Shown: positions 1 through 10,059 of the stretch, piece after piece
Layout: each line of letters opens with the position of its first letter
How positions within the stretch are numbered: position 1 is the stretch's first letter
The notes under the pieces: generated by a model
The model's database searches: none
What the model was told of the DNA's origin: nothing
What the model saw: only the letters and a program-made list of their open reading frames with translations
Position numbers and translations under genes: made by a program
Assembly (NCBI GenBank): GCA_031284025.1
Contig: JAITAR010000109.1
Location: 1 to 36,489, forward strand
DNA: 36,489 nt
Source: Rickettsiales bacterium
GTDB taxonomy: Bacteria; Pseudomonadota; Alphaproteobacteria; Rickettsiales; UBA1997
Reading direction: 5' to 3'

Positions 1-987
1 ATTTCCAATCAGACGCAGACCATTGTTGAATTCTATAGATGCGCTGTAATAGGCATAGATGGCTCCTCCATTGCCTCTGCTACTGTTGTTTTCAAAGGTT
101 GCTAGTCCTCCAAAGGTTATTGATGAATTCCAGATGTAGATAGCTCCACCTTCACCAATGACGTTTCCAGTGGCGCTATTTCTCACAAAGGTAGCATTTC
201 CTTCAAATTCCAAAATATTTTTGTTATTGACATTTATTTCCCAGGAACGGATGGCTCCACCATGGCCAACAGAATTATTTCCTATGAAAACTACATCTCC
301 GCCGAAAGTCAGTTTTGTACCAAAGTGACCATAGATAGCTCCACCACCCTTCGTGCTACTGTTGCCTTCAAAGGTTGCTAGTCCTCCTCCAAAGGTCAGC
401 GTTGAATAGCAAGCAAAGATAGCTCCACCATTGCTATCAGTTCCAATAGTTTTGTTTCCGTCAAAGGTGGTTTCTCCCGTGAAATTTAGGCTATTTCTGT
501 TGTTGTTGTCGGTTCCCCAGGAGTAGATAGCTCCTCCTTGGAATTTAGTCTGATTACCGCTGAAAATAAGGTTTTCTAGGTTGACTACTACTCCTGCGTC
601 CAGATTAATAGCACCACCACCAATTCTGTAATCAGATTCATTCCCACTACTGCCATTCTTCAGATGTAGATTATTCAGTGAAATATTCTTTGCATTTTTT
701 CCAAATATGAAAAATTTATAGCTGCTATTTCCATCCAAAAGACCCGGTGCATTTTCGCTAGGTCCAGAGATGACCATGTCATTGCAGTTGATCACTGGTC
801 CATTGGCGGTGAAATCTATAGTGTTTTTTATTACTATTTCTTTTTCGCTCCTATTGATGGCATCTTTCAGTTCATAAAAATCATTCACCTCGGTAGGTTC
901 AGCTCCGGCCACCGTCACGACAGCGAAAATAGCTACCAATGCTAGACTAGAGCGAAAAATGAAATTTGTCAGTTTAGTCACAGTCAT
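1..987 (-). CDS. Pmp-repeat (polymorphic membrane protein-like) autotransporter, N-terminal part; the gene continues past the left edge
   Basis: Not in the ORF track because it has no stop in the window. I checked all 329 codons on the minus strand by hand and found no stops. ATG at 987..985. The N-terminus MTVTKLTNFIFRSSLALVAIFAVVTVAGA looks like a signal peptide. At least 7 GGAI motifs (GGGAINL, QGGAIYS, NGGAIFA, GGGAIYG, HGGAIRS, EGGAIYI, NGGAIYA) alternate with FxxN motifs (FSGN, FDGN, FEGN, FIGN, FVRN, FENN). Confidence 0.8.
   Translation of the reverse strand, partial: MTVTKLTNFIFRSSLALVAIFAVVTVAGAEPTEVNDFYELKDAINRSEKEIVIKNTIDFTANGPVINCNDMVISGPSENAPGLLDGNSSYKFFIFGKNAKNISLNNLHLKNGSSGNESDYRIGGGAINLDAGVVVNLENLIFSGNQTKFQGGAIYSWGTDNNNRNSLNFTGETTFDGNKTIGTDSNGGAIFACYSTLTFGGGLATFEGNSSTKGGGAIYGHFGTKLTFGGDVVFIGNNSVGHGGAIRSWEINVNNKNILEFEGNATFVRNSATGNVIGEGGAIYIWNSSITFGGLATFENNSSRGNGGAIYAYYSASIEFNNGLRLIGN
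78..387 (-). repeat. Internal direct repeat within the Pmp gene: 34-nt copies at 78..111 and 354..387
   Basis: tgctactgttgYYttcaaaggttgctagtcctcc occurs twice with 2 mismatches. The offset is 276 nt (92 codons, in frame). It encodes the LATFE(N/G)NSS repeat module. Confidence 0.85.
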
Positions 988-1099
988 ACTTCTCTTAAAA
1001 AATTAAAAACTATGGACAGAGGATAGTATGCTTTTTTGTAATTGCAAGCGAACATTTGGAATAAAGGTTGTCCCACATGCTAGATCATCTGAAATATGG

Positions 1100-3175
1100 T
1101 TAGAGTAACAGATCCAGAGTGATGGCAAGGGTGCCACCGACTAAATTCTTTGAATAGGTTTCACCGTAGTGAATTCCCACAGAAACATCATTTAGACTAT
1201 AGCTGATGCCTAGACCAACCTCAAAAGCAACTCGAGGGATACTTCCAATGTTGGCTATGTTGTAGCTATGTCCATTGACTAGTGTGACACTATAAAATTT
1301 GTCACTGTAATCTAACAGAGTGTAGAGAAAGGCACAGCGAACATCGATGCTGGGTCGTCTACTTCGACCTGGGATACGATAGCGAAAGCCAAAGGCAGAG
1401 GTCAGTATCTTCCCTTCAACACTGGCTATAGAGCCACCGAGGCCATTGCTATAGCTGGCACTAAACGTTGAAGAATATCTTAGACTAACTTCATGGATCA
1501 GATTTTTAATTTTTGTCAGACTATAGCTGGCTGTGAAGTTTAGCTGCAGTGCATTGCCTCCATAGTTGAGTTTGCCTTCACTGCTGCTGGAGAAACCATA
1601 GCCAATTAAACCACTCAGCTGTAGATTGGGATCATTGCTGTGTCTAATGTGTACGGCGAAGGCATTCGTTACCATTTTACCGTTTCTCTCTGAAAAATTA
1701 TTGCTGTTTAGTATATAAACTATGTCAGCTGTAGAATTATTTCCAACTTTGTGACTAAAGCCACTGACAATACCTCCCAGATCTGCCATAGAACCTCCCA
1801 ACCCTAAATAACCACCGAAAGTTGATAGCCAAAGGCCGTCATTCCTACTTTCCAACACATTTCTATCCTCTAGCAGCTGAGATGCTACTTTCAGAGGGGC
1901 TAGAGCTATTCCTATGTGAAAGGATAGGTTAGAATCGGGATTATGATCTCGGTAGAACTTCTCCAGAGATTTAGCATCGACATTCTTCACATAGCTCTGT
2001 ACCTCGGGATTTGTCTCTATAGTTGAGTTGATAAATTCGGTCATTCCTACTAAATTCCAGCTATTCATAATATTATTCAATGTGCTCTGATCCAAAGCTC
2101 TCCGAAATATTAGCGTTCCGTAGTTGACTAGCCCATTTTTTTCCTCAAAGGTAATTTCTACATCGCCATTGGCGGGAGCAATCGTTGGTCTGTAGGAATC
2201 CAGATTAGCCGATTCTTGAATGTATCTATATCTTCCAGTTCCTTTCTTGGCCAGTTCAGCCATTAGGGACTCTGAAATTACCGGTTTCAGAACTGGACTG
2301 CCAACTACTCGGCTACGAATGTCCATGCGACCACCGGCTCCCGTTGTAGAACCACTGGACTCATCAAATTTGGTGGGAGTAAAAATAAGAACTGGATTTT
2401 CCCCATTCATAGCCACAAAATTTATATCTGTTTGGTTCAGAGTACTACTCCCCATATCAAATTTAATCGGTCCAGTTACTGTGATGACGGTGCCACTGAA
2501 AGTACGTCCCAAAATTCCCCCATCTATTTTAAAGGTACCTCTGCCCACTATATTTAGCGAACCGAAGTTAACTATGTCATTTTTCTCCGCAGCAGATCTA
2601 TTGTTTTCGAATTTAGCAAGAGAATCGTCACCATCCAAATAGAAATTTATAGTTTTTCCATTGTAATTATATATTGCTCCTCCGGCATAGGGATCACCGC
2701 TAGTGTTGTTTGAAAAAGTTGAATTTCCTCTAAAACTTGCAGTACCATTGTTATAGAAAGCTCCACCATATAAAGTCGCTCTGTTAGAGGAAAACAAAAT
2801 TGGGCCTACAAAGGCTACATTTCCCCCATCATTATACAGGGCGCCACCATTTTCTGATGCGAAATTGTTAGTCAAGGTTAAATTGTTTGCGCTGACAGTT
2901 CCTTTGTTGTGGATAGCGCCACCATCGAGATTTGTGCTGTTGGCCATAAATTTGACGTTGTTTAGTTCTATTGTTCCCCCTTCCCTAACTTCAACGACTC
3001 CACCTTGTAAATTAGAAGTACTGTGGTCGGTGAAATTATTATCATTAAATGTAACAGTCGATCCAGAACCAACCACGGTCCTTCCGTTATTCGATGCTGT
3101 AGCGTTGGTTGATAAATTTAGTAGACAGATAAGGTATGTCACTATAGGAAAATATCCGCATTTGATCTTTAGCAT
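1100..3175 (-). CDS. Pmp-repeat autotransporter, complete (691 aa): signal peptide, GGA[ILV]/FxxN passenger, C-terminal beta-barrel-like region
   Basis: ATG at 3175 and a hydrophobic N-terminus (YFPIVTYLICLLNLSTNATA). Motifs DGGAIHN, NGGALYN, YGGAFYN and AGGAIYN are interleaved with FMAN, FSSN, FSNN and FENN. The C-terminal ~280 aa has alternating hydrophobic, Gly/Ser/Tyr-rich beta-strand character typical of autotransporter barrels. It lies in tandem upstream of the partial paralog at 1..987. Confidence 0.85.
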   Translation of the reverse strand: MLKIKCGYFPIVTYLICLLNLSTNATASNNGRTVVGSGSTVTFNDNNFTDHSTSNLQGGVVEVREGGTIELNNVKFMANSTNLDGGAIHNKGTVSANNLTLTNNFASENGGALYNDGGNVAFVGPILFSSNRATLYGGAFYNNGTASFRGNSTFSNNTSGDPYAGGAIYNYNGKTINFYLDGDDSLAKFENNRSAAEKNDIVNFGSLNIVGRGTFKIDGGILGRTFSGTVITVTGPIKFDMGSSTLNQTDINFVAMNGENPVLIFTPTKFDESSGSTTGAGGRMDIRSRVVGSPVLKPVISESLMAELAKKGTGRYRYIQESANLDSYRPTIAPANGDVEITFEEKNGLVNYGTLIFRRALDQSTLNNIMNSWNLVGMTEFINSTIETNPEVQSYVKNVDAKSLEKFYRDHNPDSNLSFHIGIALAPLKVASQLLEDRNVLESRNDGLWLSTFGGYLGLGGSMADLGGIVSGFSHKVGNNSTADIVYILNSNNFSERNGKMVTNAFAVHIRHSNDPNLQLSGLIGYGFSSSSEGKLNYGGNALQLNFTASYSLTKIKNLIHEVSLRYSSTFSASYSNGLGGSIASVEGKILTSAFGFRYRIPGRSRRPSIDVRCAFLYTLLDYSDKFYSVTLVNGHSYNIANIGSIPRVAFEVGLGISYSLNDVSVGIHYGETYSKNLVGGTLAITLDLLL

Positions 3176-3454
3176 TTGATTAGTTAAGCCTCATAACTGG
3201 TTCTATCGCTATAATTATACAATAATACACAGTATGTAACAGATTATAAAAATAAAAAGCAAATATAAAGTAAAAGTCTGTCTAGTCCATCTTTGATAAT
3301 AGCTCAGATAGGTTGCGAAACACAGCTGTTCGGAGGATAGAAAGACTGGAGGAATAAATCTGAGGGAGTATTATTTTTCCATAGGTGGAAGAAAGCGAGT
3401 TATGTTTAAAAAAGTTTCATATGCTATGAACTTATACGCAGCATATAATTGGAC

Positions 3455-3483
3455 TTGACATTAAAAAACATGGAGCTGATAAT
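3455..3483 (+). promoter_or_regulatory. Putative sigma-70 promoter for rho (TTGACA-17 nt-GATAAT)
   Basis: Perfect -35 TTGACA at 3455..3460, an exact 17-nt spacer, and -10 GATAAT at 3478..3483. It lies about 125 nt upstream of the rho ATG. Confidence 0.45.
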
Positions 3484-3612
3484 CCCTAGCGATTGAAGTT
3501 TCCTGAGAAAAATATCCACCTAGATTTTATAGTTTTGGCTTGTCCTACAGCCTATTGGCAAAGGTGGATGGTGTCCTACGGGTATTGTTATAGCTTATTT
3601 TAATATGCAAAT

Positions 3613-5211
3613 ATGAGAAAGAAATTAACCTTAAAAAGGAGCGATCCAGTTGCCGATGGCAACAACTATGAGATTTTGGAAGAAGACGAAGAAAATATGA
3701 CATCGGTAGATACTAACTCTGGCCTAAACCAGAGAGAACAGAGCTATGAAATAGCAGAGGATGACGGTGTCGAGCCTATAAATTCTGCGGTAGATATGGC
3801 TAGTCTAGATGTAGATAGCATTTCTAGCGAATTTTCCAACGACAGCTATGCTGAGAGGACGCCCAAAAAAGATCTTGACCAAATTCTTGAAGAAATTATC
3901 AGAGAAGAACAACTTAAAAAACATACGCCCAGGGAGTCTATAGAGCTTAATTTTCTTAAGGCAAAGACCCCTCTGGAATTGGTAAAGTATGCCAGTGATA
4001 ATGGCATAGATGATATTGACGATATGCATAAGCAGGATATGATTTATGTGATATTGAAGAATTTCTCAGATAAAAATCCTGAAAATACGATAATAGGCGA
4101 AGGAGTCTTGGAAACCCTGCAAGATGGCTTTGGTTTTCTCAGGTCATCCGATTCGAACTACGTAGCTGGTCCAGATGACATATACGTATCTCCAACCCAG
4201 GTAAAAAAATTTGGGCTGAGAACTGGCGATGTGATAAGAGGCCATATTAGAGCTCCGAAAAAAGGAGAAAAATATTTTGCTCTGCTAAGATTAGATACAA
4301 TCAACGGTTTTGCTATGGATCAAATTAGACACAGAGTTCGCTTTGATGATCTAACTCCTCTATATCCCCAGGAAAAATTGAAAATAGAAAATATAGAACT
4401 TTTTTCCAAAAAAAAGGACGACAGTTGCAGGATATTGGATATAATAGCTCCTCTGGGAAAAGGGCAGAGGGCCATAATTGTGGCTCCACCAAAAACTGGC
4501 AAGACGACTCTTATTCAGAATATAGCATATTCCATAGCGTCTGCTCATCCAGAGATAAATTTGATTGTGTTGCTGATAGATGAGAGACCGGAAGAGGTAA
4601 CCGACATGGCCAGGTCTGTAAAGGGTGAGGTGATAAGTTCAACATTTGATGAGCCAGCAATCAGACATGTTCAATTAGCTGAAATAGTTATAGAAAAGGC
4701 AAAGAGAATAGTGGAAACTGGACATGATGTGATCATTCTGTTGGATTCTATAACCAGGCTTGCCAGAGCCTATAATAATGTTGTGCCCTCATCGGGAAAG
4801 GTTTTGACCGGAGGTGTCGATGCTAATGCTTTGCAGAAACCTAAGAGATTTTTTGGAGCCGCAAGAAATATAGAAAATGGTGGTTCTTTGACTATAATAG
4901 CTACCGCACTGATTGAAACTGGTTCTAAGATGGATGACGTTATTTTCGAGGAATTTAAGGGAACGGGTAATAGCGAAATAGTTTTGGATAGAAAAATATC
5001 AGATCGCCGCATATTCCCGGCCATTGATATTGTGAGATCTAGCACCAGAAAAGAAGAATTACTGCTTGAGAGGGTAATTCTTTCAAAGACATGGATGCTC
5101 AGAAAAATTTTATCCTCCATGGATCCGGTGGGCGCTATAGAATTCATGAAGGAGAAGATTGATGCTACGAAAACGAACGCAGAATTTTTCGAATCTATGA
5201 ACAGAATGTAG
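3613..5211 (+). CDS. rho: Transcription termination factor Rho with an acidic N-terminal extension of about 110 aa
   Basis: From about residue 112 onward the protein is colinear with E. coli Rho: [18 protein letters not shown], Walker [62 protein letters not shown]. Confidence 0.97.
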   Translation: MRKKLTLKRSDPVADGNNYEILEEDEENMTSVDTNSGLNQREQSYEIAEDDGVEPINSAVDMASLDVDSISSEFSNDSYAERTPKKDLDQILEEIIREEQLKKHTPRESIELNFLKAKTPLELVKYASDNGIDDIDDMHKQDMIYVILKNFSDKNPENTIIGEGVLETLQDGFGFLRSSDSNYVAGPDDIYVSPTQVKKFGLRTGDVIRGHIRAPKKGEKYFALLRLDTINGFAMDQIRHRVRFDDLTPLYPQEKLKIENIELFSKKKDDSCRILDIIAPLGKGQRAIIVAPPKTGKTTLIQNIAYSIASAHPEINLIVLLIDERPEEVTDMARSVKGEVISSTFDEPAIRHVQLAEIVIEKAKRIVETGHDVIILLDSITRLARAYNNVVPSSGKVLTGGVDANALQKPKRFFGAARNIENGGSLTIIATALIETGSKMDDVIFEEFKGTGNSEIVLDRKISDRRIFPAIDIVRSSTRKEELLLERVILSKTWMLRKILSSMDPVGAIEFMKEKIDATKTNAEFFESMNRM

Positions 5212-5229
5212 CATCTAGCTAGAGTTTTT

Positions 5230-6093
5230 CTATTGGAGGATTTTGCTGATTATTACAACAAAATTCAGAGAACCTAGGTCTGAGTTTACCCTCACGCCCC
5301 ACTTTTTTCCCATTCTGACCACCTTACCAATCAGAATTCCCTCCTGAAGTAGATTACCATCATCGGAGGTGTAGACATTTTCATCGGCAACAATGTTTTG
5401 TTCATTATTGAAGAAATAGTTTATATCTAAAATATTGCTCCCATTTCCTCCGAGAATTACCTTGATACCGCTATTTTCCAGCCTAGCTGGTATTTTTGAC
5501 ATGTAGTCGGATATAAGTAGAATTTCAGCTGTCCCTTTTGATGTATTTATTACTCTACCAACCAAATCACCATATTTGTCCAAAACCAGATCATGTTCGA
5601 GTATGTTGTCATTCTCACTTAGAAAAAGTTGTACATTGTGAGCTATACCACTACTGCCTACCGTATTTATCTTCTTGATTACATAGCCGCTGCTGTAGCG
5701 TTTGCTAACAAGGCTAAGTATTCCCTTCAGTTCACTGTTTTCATTTTTTACGAGTTCAAATTCAAGCAGTTTTAATCTTAGATCAAAATTTTCTCCCCGA
5801 AGTTTGGTATTTTCTTTTCTCAGTAACCATAGAGAAACGAATTCATCCATACCATTCTCTAACACTGAAGATATACCCCTGGACACGAATAAAAATGGAC
5901 GAATCTGATAGGCTATGACACTTTTTATTTTGGCGCTAAGATTAAATCCATTCCTACTATAGAATAACAAAAAGAGACTAAAAACAAGCAAAAAACCATA
6001 CGACAGCCTACTACCAATTACCCTCAGGTAATAGCCCATTGACCAGTGAAAATTAAAGCGTCCTAATTTTCTTTCATAATCAAATCTTGCCAA
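5230..6093 (-). CDS. mreC: Rod shape-determining protein MreC
   Basis: Immediately downstream of mreB. It has an N-terminal TM segment (LSYGFLLVFSLFLLF), a coiled-coil stretch (ENTKLRGENFDLRLKLLEFELVKNENSELKGIL) and a beta-rich C-terminal part. TTG start at 6093 is preceded by a G-rich SD-like ACGGGGGA. Confidence 0.85.
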   Translation of the reverse strand: MARFDYERKLGRFNFHWSMGYYLRVIGSRLSYGFLLVFSLFLLFYSRNGFNLSAKIKSVIAYQIRPFLFVSRGISSVLENGMDEFVSLWLLRKENTKLRGENFDLRLKLLEFELVKNENSELKGILSLVSKRYSSGYVIKKINTVGSSGIAHNVQLFLSENDNILEHDLVLDKYGDLVGRVINTSKGTAEILLISDYMSKIPARLENSGIKVILGGNGSNILDINYFFNNEQNIVADENVYTSDDGNLLQEGILIGKVVRMGKKWGVRVNSDLGSLNFVVIISKILQ

Positions 6094-6139
6094 TTATCCC
6101 CCGTATTTTGTCTTTTCAAGATTAGCATAGGAAAATACA

Positions 6140-7180
<1,041 letters not shown>

Positions 7181-7625
7181 TCAAAAATATGTATATAATC
7201 TAGGATCGATATACCGAAAATTATATTTTTCAATAGAAAGTTAATGAGTGCAAGGTCTAAACCAAAAATAAAAATCACCGACCTAGGCAAATAGATATTT
7301 ATACCATTTATAGTTTTTAGCTGGTTCGAAGAGATAGTTATTTGACGTGCCACAGCGAGAATTTTGAGTATTCCGGTATATTTTACAATAGTTTTTTACA
7401 GAAAATTGCCAGCTGGGCTACTGTTGATTGATTACTATATGCCATCAATCCTATTTTTACAAATTATTGTAACAATCTTATTGACATCTGGCATATCTAG
7501 GAAGTTTTATGGGTAGGTCCCATTTTCATAGAGAATTACTTGATTTATTAACATGTCGCTCTATATTGCCTCTAGCCTGGCTGTGAGGCACTGGGTGTTG
7601 TTATTAACTAATAAAACGGATAGAT

Positions 7626-7952
7626 ATGCATAAAATTGACATAATAAAGGCGATATCAGAGCAGACCGGTTGTCTACAAAAGGATGCTAGTTTGCTGATA
7701 GATTCTTTTATAGAAGTTGTAAAGAATGCCATAAAAAAGGGTGATAAAGTTACTCTGATAGGTTTTGGTACCTTTAGCGTTGTGGACACCAAAGCGAAGA
7801 CCGGTAGAAATCCACAAACGGGTAAAGAAATCAGAATCCCCGCCTCTAAAAAGATTAGATTTTCTGTAGGGAAAAATCTGAAGGAGGAAATTAAGGGATT
7901 GGTAAATAGTAAGAAAACTATTGTTCCTAGCAAAACTCCTGGTAAAAAATAA
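7626..7952 (+). CDS. hup: HU/IHF-family DNA-binding protein with a short Lys-rich C-terminal tail
   Basis: Shows the HU signature: FGTFSVVDTKAKTGRNPQTGKEIRIPASKKIRFSVGKNLKE. The 108 aa include about 18 extra C-terminal residues (SKKTIVPSKTPGKK). Confidence 0.9.
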   Translation: MHKIDIIKAISEQTGCLQKDASLLIDSFIEVVKNAIKKGDKVTLIGFGTFSVVDTKAKTGRNPQTGKEIRIPASKKIRFSVGKNLKEEIKGLVNSKKTIVPSKTPGKK

Positions 7953-7976
7953 AATAATAAATTTATTTAATAAATG

Positions 7977-8017
7977 GACTTCCATATGAGGCGATGGGAG
8001 TCATTTTTTGCTTTTTT
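7977..8017 (+). terminator. Candidate intrinsic terminator after the HU gene
   Basis: Stem GACTTCC (7977..7983) pairs with GGGAGTC (7996..8002): 7 bp including one G-U, with a 12-nt loop. It is followed by ATTTTTTGCTTTTTT. Confidence 0.45.
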
Positions 8018-8127
8018 ATCATCTACCGTTAGAGATGGTGGCGCTTGTGAATTGCATAACGCCGAGGGCGTTGGTTAGTTTATCTGGCATTTAGCATAGT
8101 TCACTATTTCCGTTACCCACATTTGAT

Positions 8128-8940
8128 ATGTTTCAACTACTGCTTCCCGCATTCAATCCGAATTTTATAGCATTAGGTCCTCTGAGAATAAGATGGTATT
8201 CGATGGCCTATATCTGTGGGGTTGCCATAGGATATAAGATGATCAGTCATCTAGACAAAAAGTATAGACTAGGCCTGGAAATTATAAGTTTCTACGACGA
8301 TTTCATATTTTACATGGTGCTTGGCATAATATGTGGTGGCAGGATAGGTTACGTTCTATTCTATGAGATAGGGTATTTTCTAGCGAATCCTCTGACAATT
8401 TTTTTTCTATGGCGTGGTGGCATGTCGTTCCACGGTGGATTTCTAGGAGTGTTTGTGGCTGCACTATTTTTGGCCAAGAAATATAAGCTAGATAAATTAT
8501 TAGTATTTGATCTGTTAGCGGTGGCTAGCCCAGCAGGAATTTTTTTGGGTAGAATGGCGAATTTCATAAATCTCGAGCTGTATGGCAGACCGACAAAATT
8601 GCCTTGGGGAATGGTCTTCCCGACAGCTGATAATTTGGCTAGACATCCCAGTCAACTCTATGAGGCATTTTTCGAGGGCGTGGTGATATTGGCGGTAATG
8701 CTATGGTTGACAAAGACCAAGCAATTTAGAATGAGAGGTCTAAATTCTGGCGTATTTCTAATTCTCTATAGTCTATCTAGGATTTTTCTGGAAACACTAC
8801 GAGAACCGAATTTCCGATTCGATGGTGCACTGAGATGGGTAACCATGGGTCAAATTTTATCGATTCCCCTACTATTGGGTGGAATTATACTGCTCTGTAA
8901 CCGAAAAATCGTAGCTAGTCCAACCTTTGACGGTGGATAG
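8128..8940 (+). CDS. lgt: Prolipoprotein diacylglyceryl transferase
   Basis: Polytopic membrane protein with Lgt motifs: IRWYSMAYICG, WRGGMSFHGG, GRMANFINLELYGRPT, PWGMVFP, HPSQLYEA. Confidence 0.93.
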   Translation: MFQLLLPAFNPNFIALGPLRIRWYSMAYICGVAIGYKMISHLDKKYRLGLEIISFYDDFIFYMVLGIICGGRIGYVLFYEIGYFLANPLTIFFLWRGGMSFHGGFLGVFVAALFLAKKYKLDKLLVFDLLAVASPAGIFLGRMANFINLELYGRPTKLPWGMVFPTADNLARHPSQLYEAFFEGVVILAVMLWLTKTKQFRMRGLNSGVFLILYSLSRIFLETLREPNFRFDGALRWVTMGQILSIPLLLGGIILLCNRKIVASPTFDGG

Positions 8941-9094
8941 CCAGTAGCTATTTGTCGTTTGTTCTCGGAGAGACAGGTGTATGTTTCATTATATTTTCCT
9001 CCATGGATGAATAAGAAAACTACATCTAGAAAATAATCTATGAAAAATATACCGCGGGTTCTGTTTGCGGTCTTTACTTTCAATAGAAATTATC

Positions 9095-9122
9095 TTGACA
9101 TGATCGTTTTCTTATTTATTAT
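9095..9122 (+). promoter_or_regulatory. Putative sigma-70 promoter (TTGACA-16 nt-TATTAT) for the deaminase gene
   Basis: TTGACA at 9095..9100 and TATTAT at 9117..9122, about 30 nt upstream of the ATG at 9151. It lies inside the over-extended track ORF that begins at 9040. Confidence 0.4.
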
Positions 9123-9150
9123 TATGATAATCGTCAGAAAACAGAAAAAA

Positions 9151-10059
9151 ATGAAAGATTTGCATCTCCATCTTTCGGGGGGAACATCACAGGCACTTCT
9201 ATTCGAGATACTTAATGAATCTGGCAGAAAAATAAAGACGAAATCCTATAGGAAATTCGTTGAAATGCTGACCATGAATCCAAGTAGAATTAAAAATGTA
9301 GAAGATTATCTGGAAATAAATCATATAGTGGATGAAACCCAGAGTTCGCCAAGAGCTGTGGAATTATCGGTCTACGATGCCTTTAAAAATTCATTTTTGA
9401 GTGGCTGTGACTACCTAGAGCTAAGATGGAACCCCTATAAAAGAAGCCAGGATTTCAAAATAGATCTGGACAGACTGATTGTTGCAGCGAGAAGCGGCTT
9501 TGAAAAAGCAAATTCTGTGTTCGGCATAGATGGCTCCATGATTTTCTGCATGGGTAGGGATTGTAATGAGGAGCAGAATGAGAGTATATTCAAAAAGGCC
9601 ATACAATACTCTCGCAGAGGAGTTGTGGGTCTGGACGCTGCGGGACCAGAGGTCAAAGTGCCAATAAAACCAGAATTCGAGCAGTACTACAAAATAGCTA
9701 ATGCCGTCGGGCTAATCACCACCATACACTGCGGAGAACCATTTTACGACGGAGTGGAAGATACACTGGCCACAGTATTGGAAAAATATAAACCCAAGAG
9801 AATTGGCCATGGGGTACAAATTCACAGATTTCCAAAGCTTATGAAATTGGCTTCAAGCATGGGTGTGGTATTTGAGATATGCATATCGAGCAATCTCATG
9901 ACCAAAGTTGTTAGCTCGAAGAGAGAATTTTTTGATATTTTCAAGACATTTGAAAATTATCAGATAAAATACGTAATTTGCACCGACGCTACTTTCCCAC
10001 TAAATACAAATATAACACGGGAACACGAAATATATAAAAATATCACCAATTATAGCTAA
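9151..10059 (+). CDS. Adenosine/adenine deaminase-family amidohydrolase
   Basis: Metal and catalytic motifs appear in order: LHLHLSGG (HxH), IHCGE, RIGHGV, EICISSN, CTDA. I take the start at the internal ATG 9151 (MKDLHLHL). The 37 upstream residues of the track ORF are hydrophobic filler and overlap a promoter-like site and a hairpin. Confidence 0.7.
   Translation: MKDLHLHLSGGTSQALLFEILNESGRKIKTKSYRKFVEMLTMNPSRIKNVEDYLEINHIVDETQSSPRAVELSVYDAFKNSFLSGCDYLELRWNPYKRSQDFKIDLDRLIVAARSGFEKANSVFGIDGSMIFCMGRDCNEEQNESIFKKAIQYSRRGVVGLDAAGPEVKVPIKPEFEQYYKIANAVGLITTIHCGEPFYDGVEDTLATVLEKYKPKRIGHGVQIHRFPKLMKLASSMGVVFEICISSNLMTKVVSSKREFFDIFKTFENYQIKYVICTDATFPLNTNITREHEIYKNITNYS

Noticed and set aside
2220-3179. 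Plus-strand ORFs of 140 aa and 104 aa opposite the Pmp autotransporter gene
   Set aside because: They are shadow frames of a well-supported minus-strand CDS. Their composition is low-complexity and Leu/Ser/Pro-rich, with no motifs. The same applies to the other short antisense ORFs in the track inside rho, mreB, ileS, gltX, the ATPase, lpxA and so on.
3568-3603. An 11-codon mini-ORF (MVSYGYCYSLF) in the rho leader, considered as a possible leader peptide
   Set aside because: The only SD-like sequence (AGGTGG) abuts the ATG with zero spacing. It is more plausibly just the 3' arm of the leader stem.
9040-9150. N-terminally extended starts offered by the ORF track (deaminase 9040; likewise parA 26378, tmk 23373, lpxA 33702, ruvB 22193, ATPase 29025, NlpC/P60 18631)
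   Set aside because: In each case an internal start fits family N-termini better. Depending on the gene, it also has an SD, avoids overlap with the upstream gene, or avoids translating a regulatory site (a promoter and hairpin for the deaminase, parS for parA). The longer versions remain possible alternatives.
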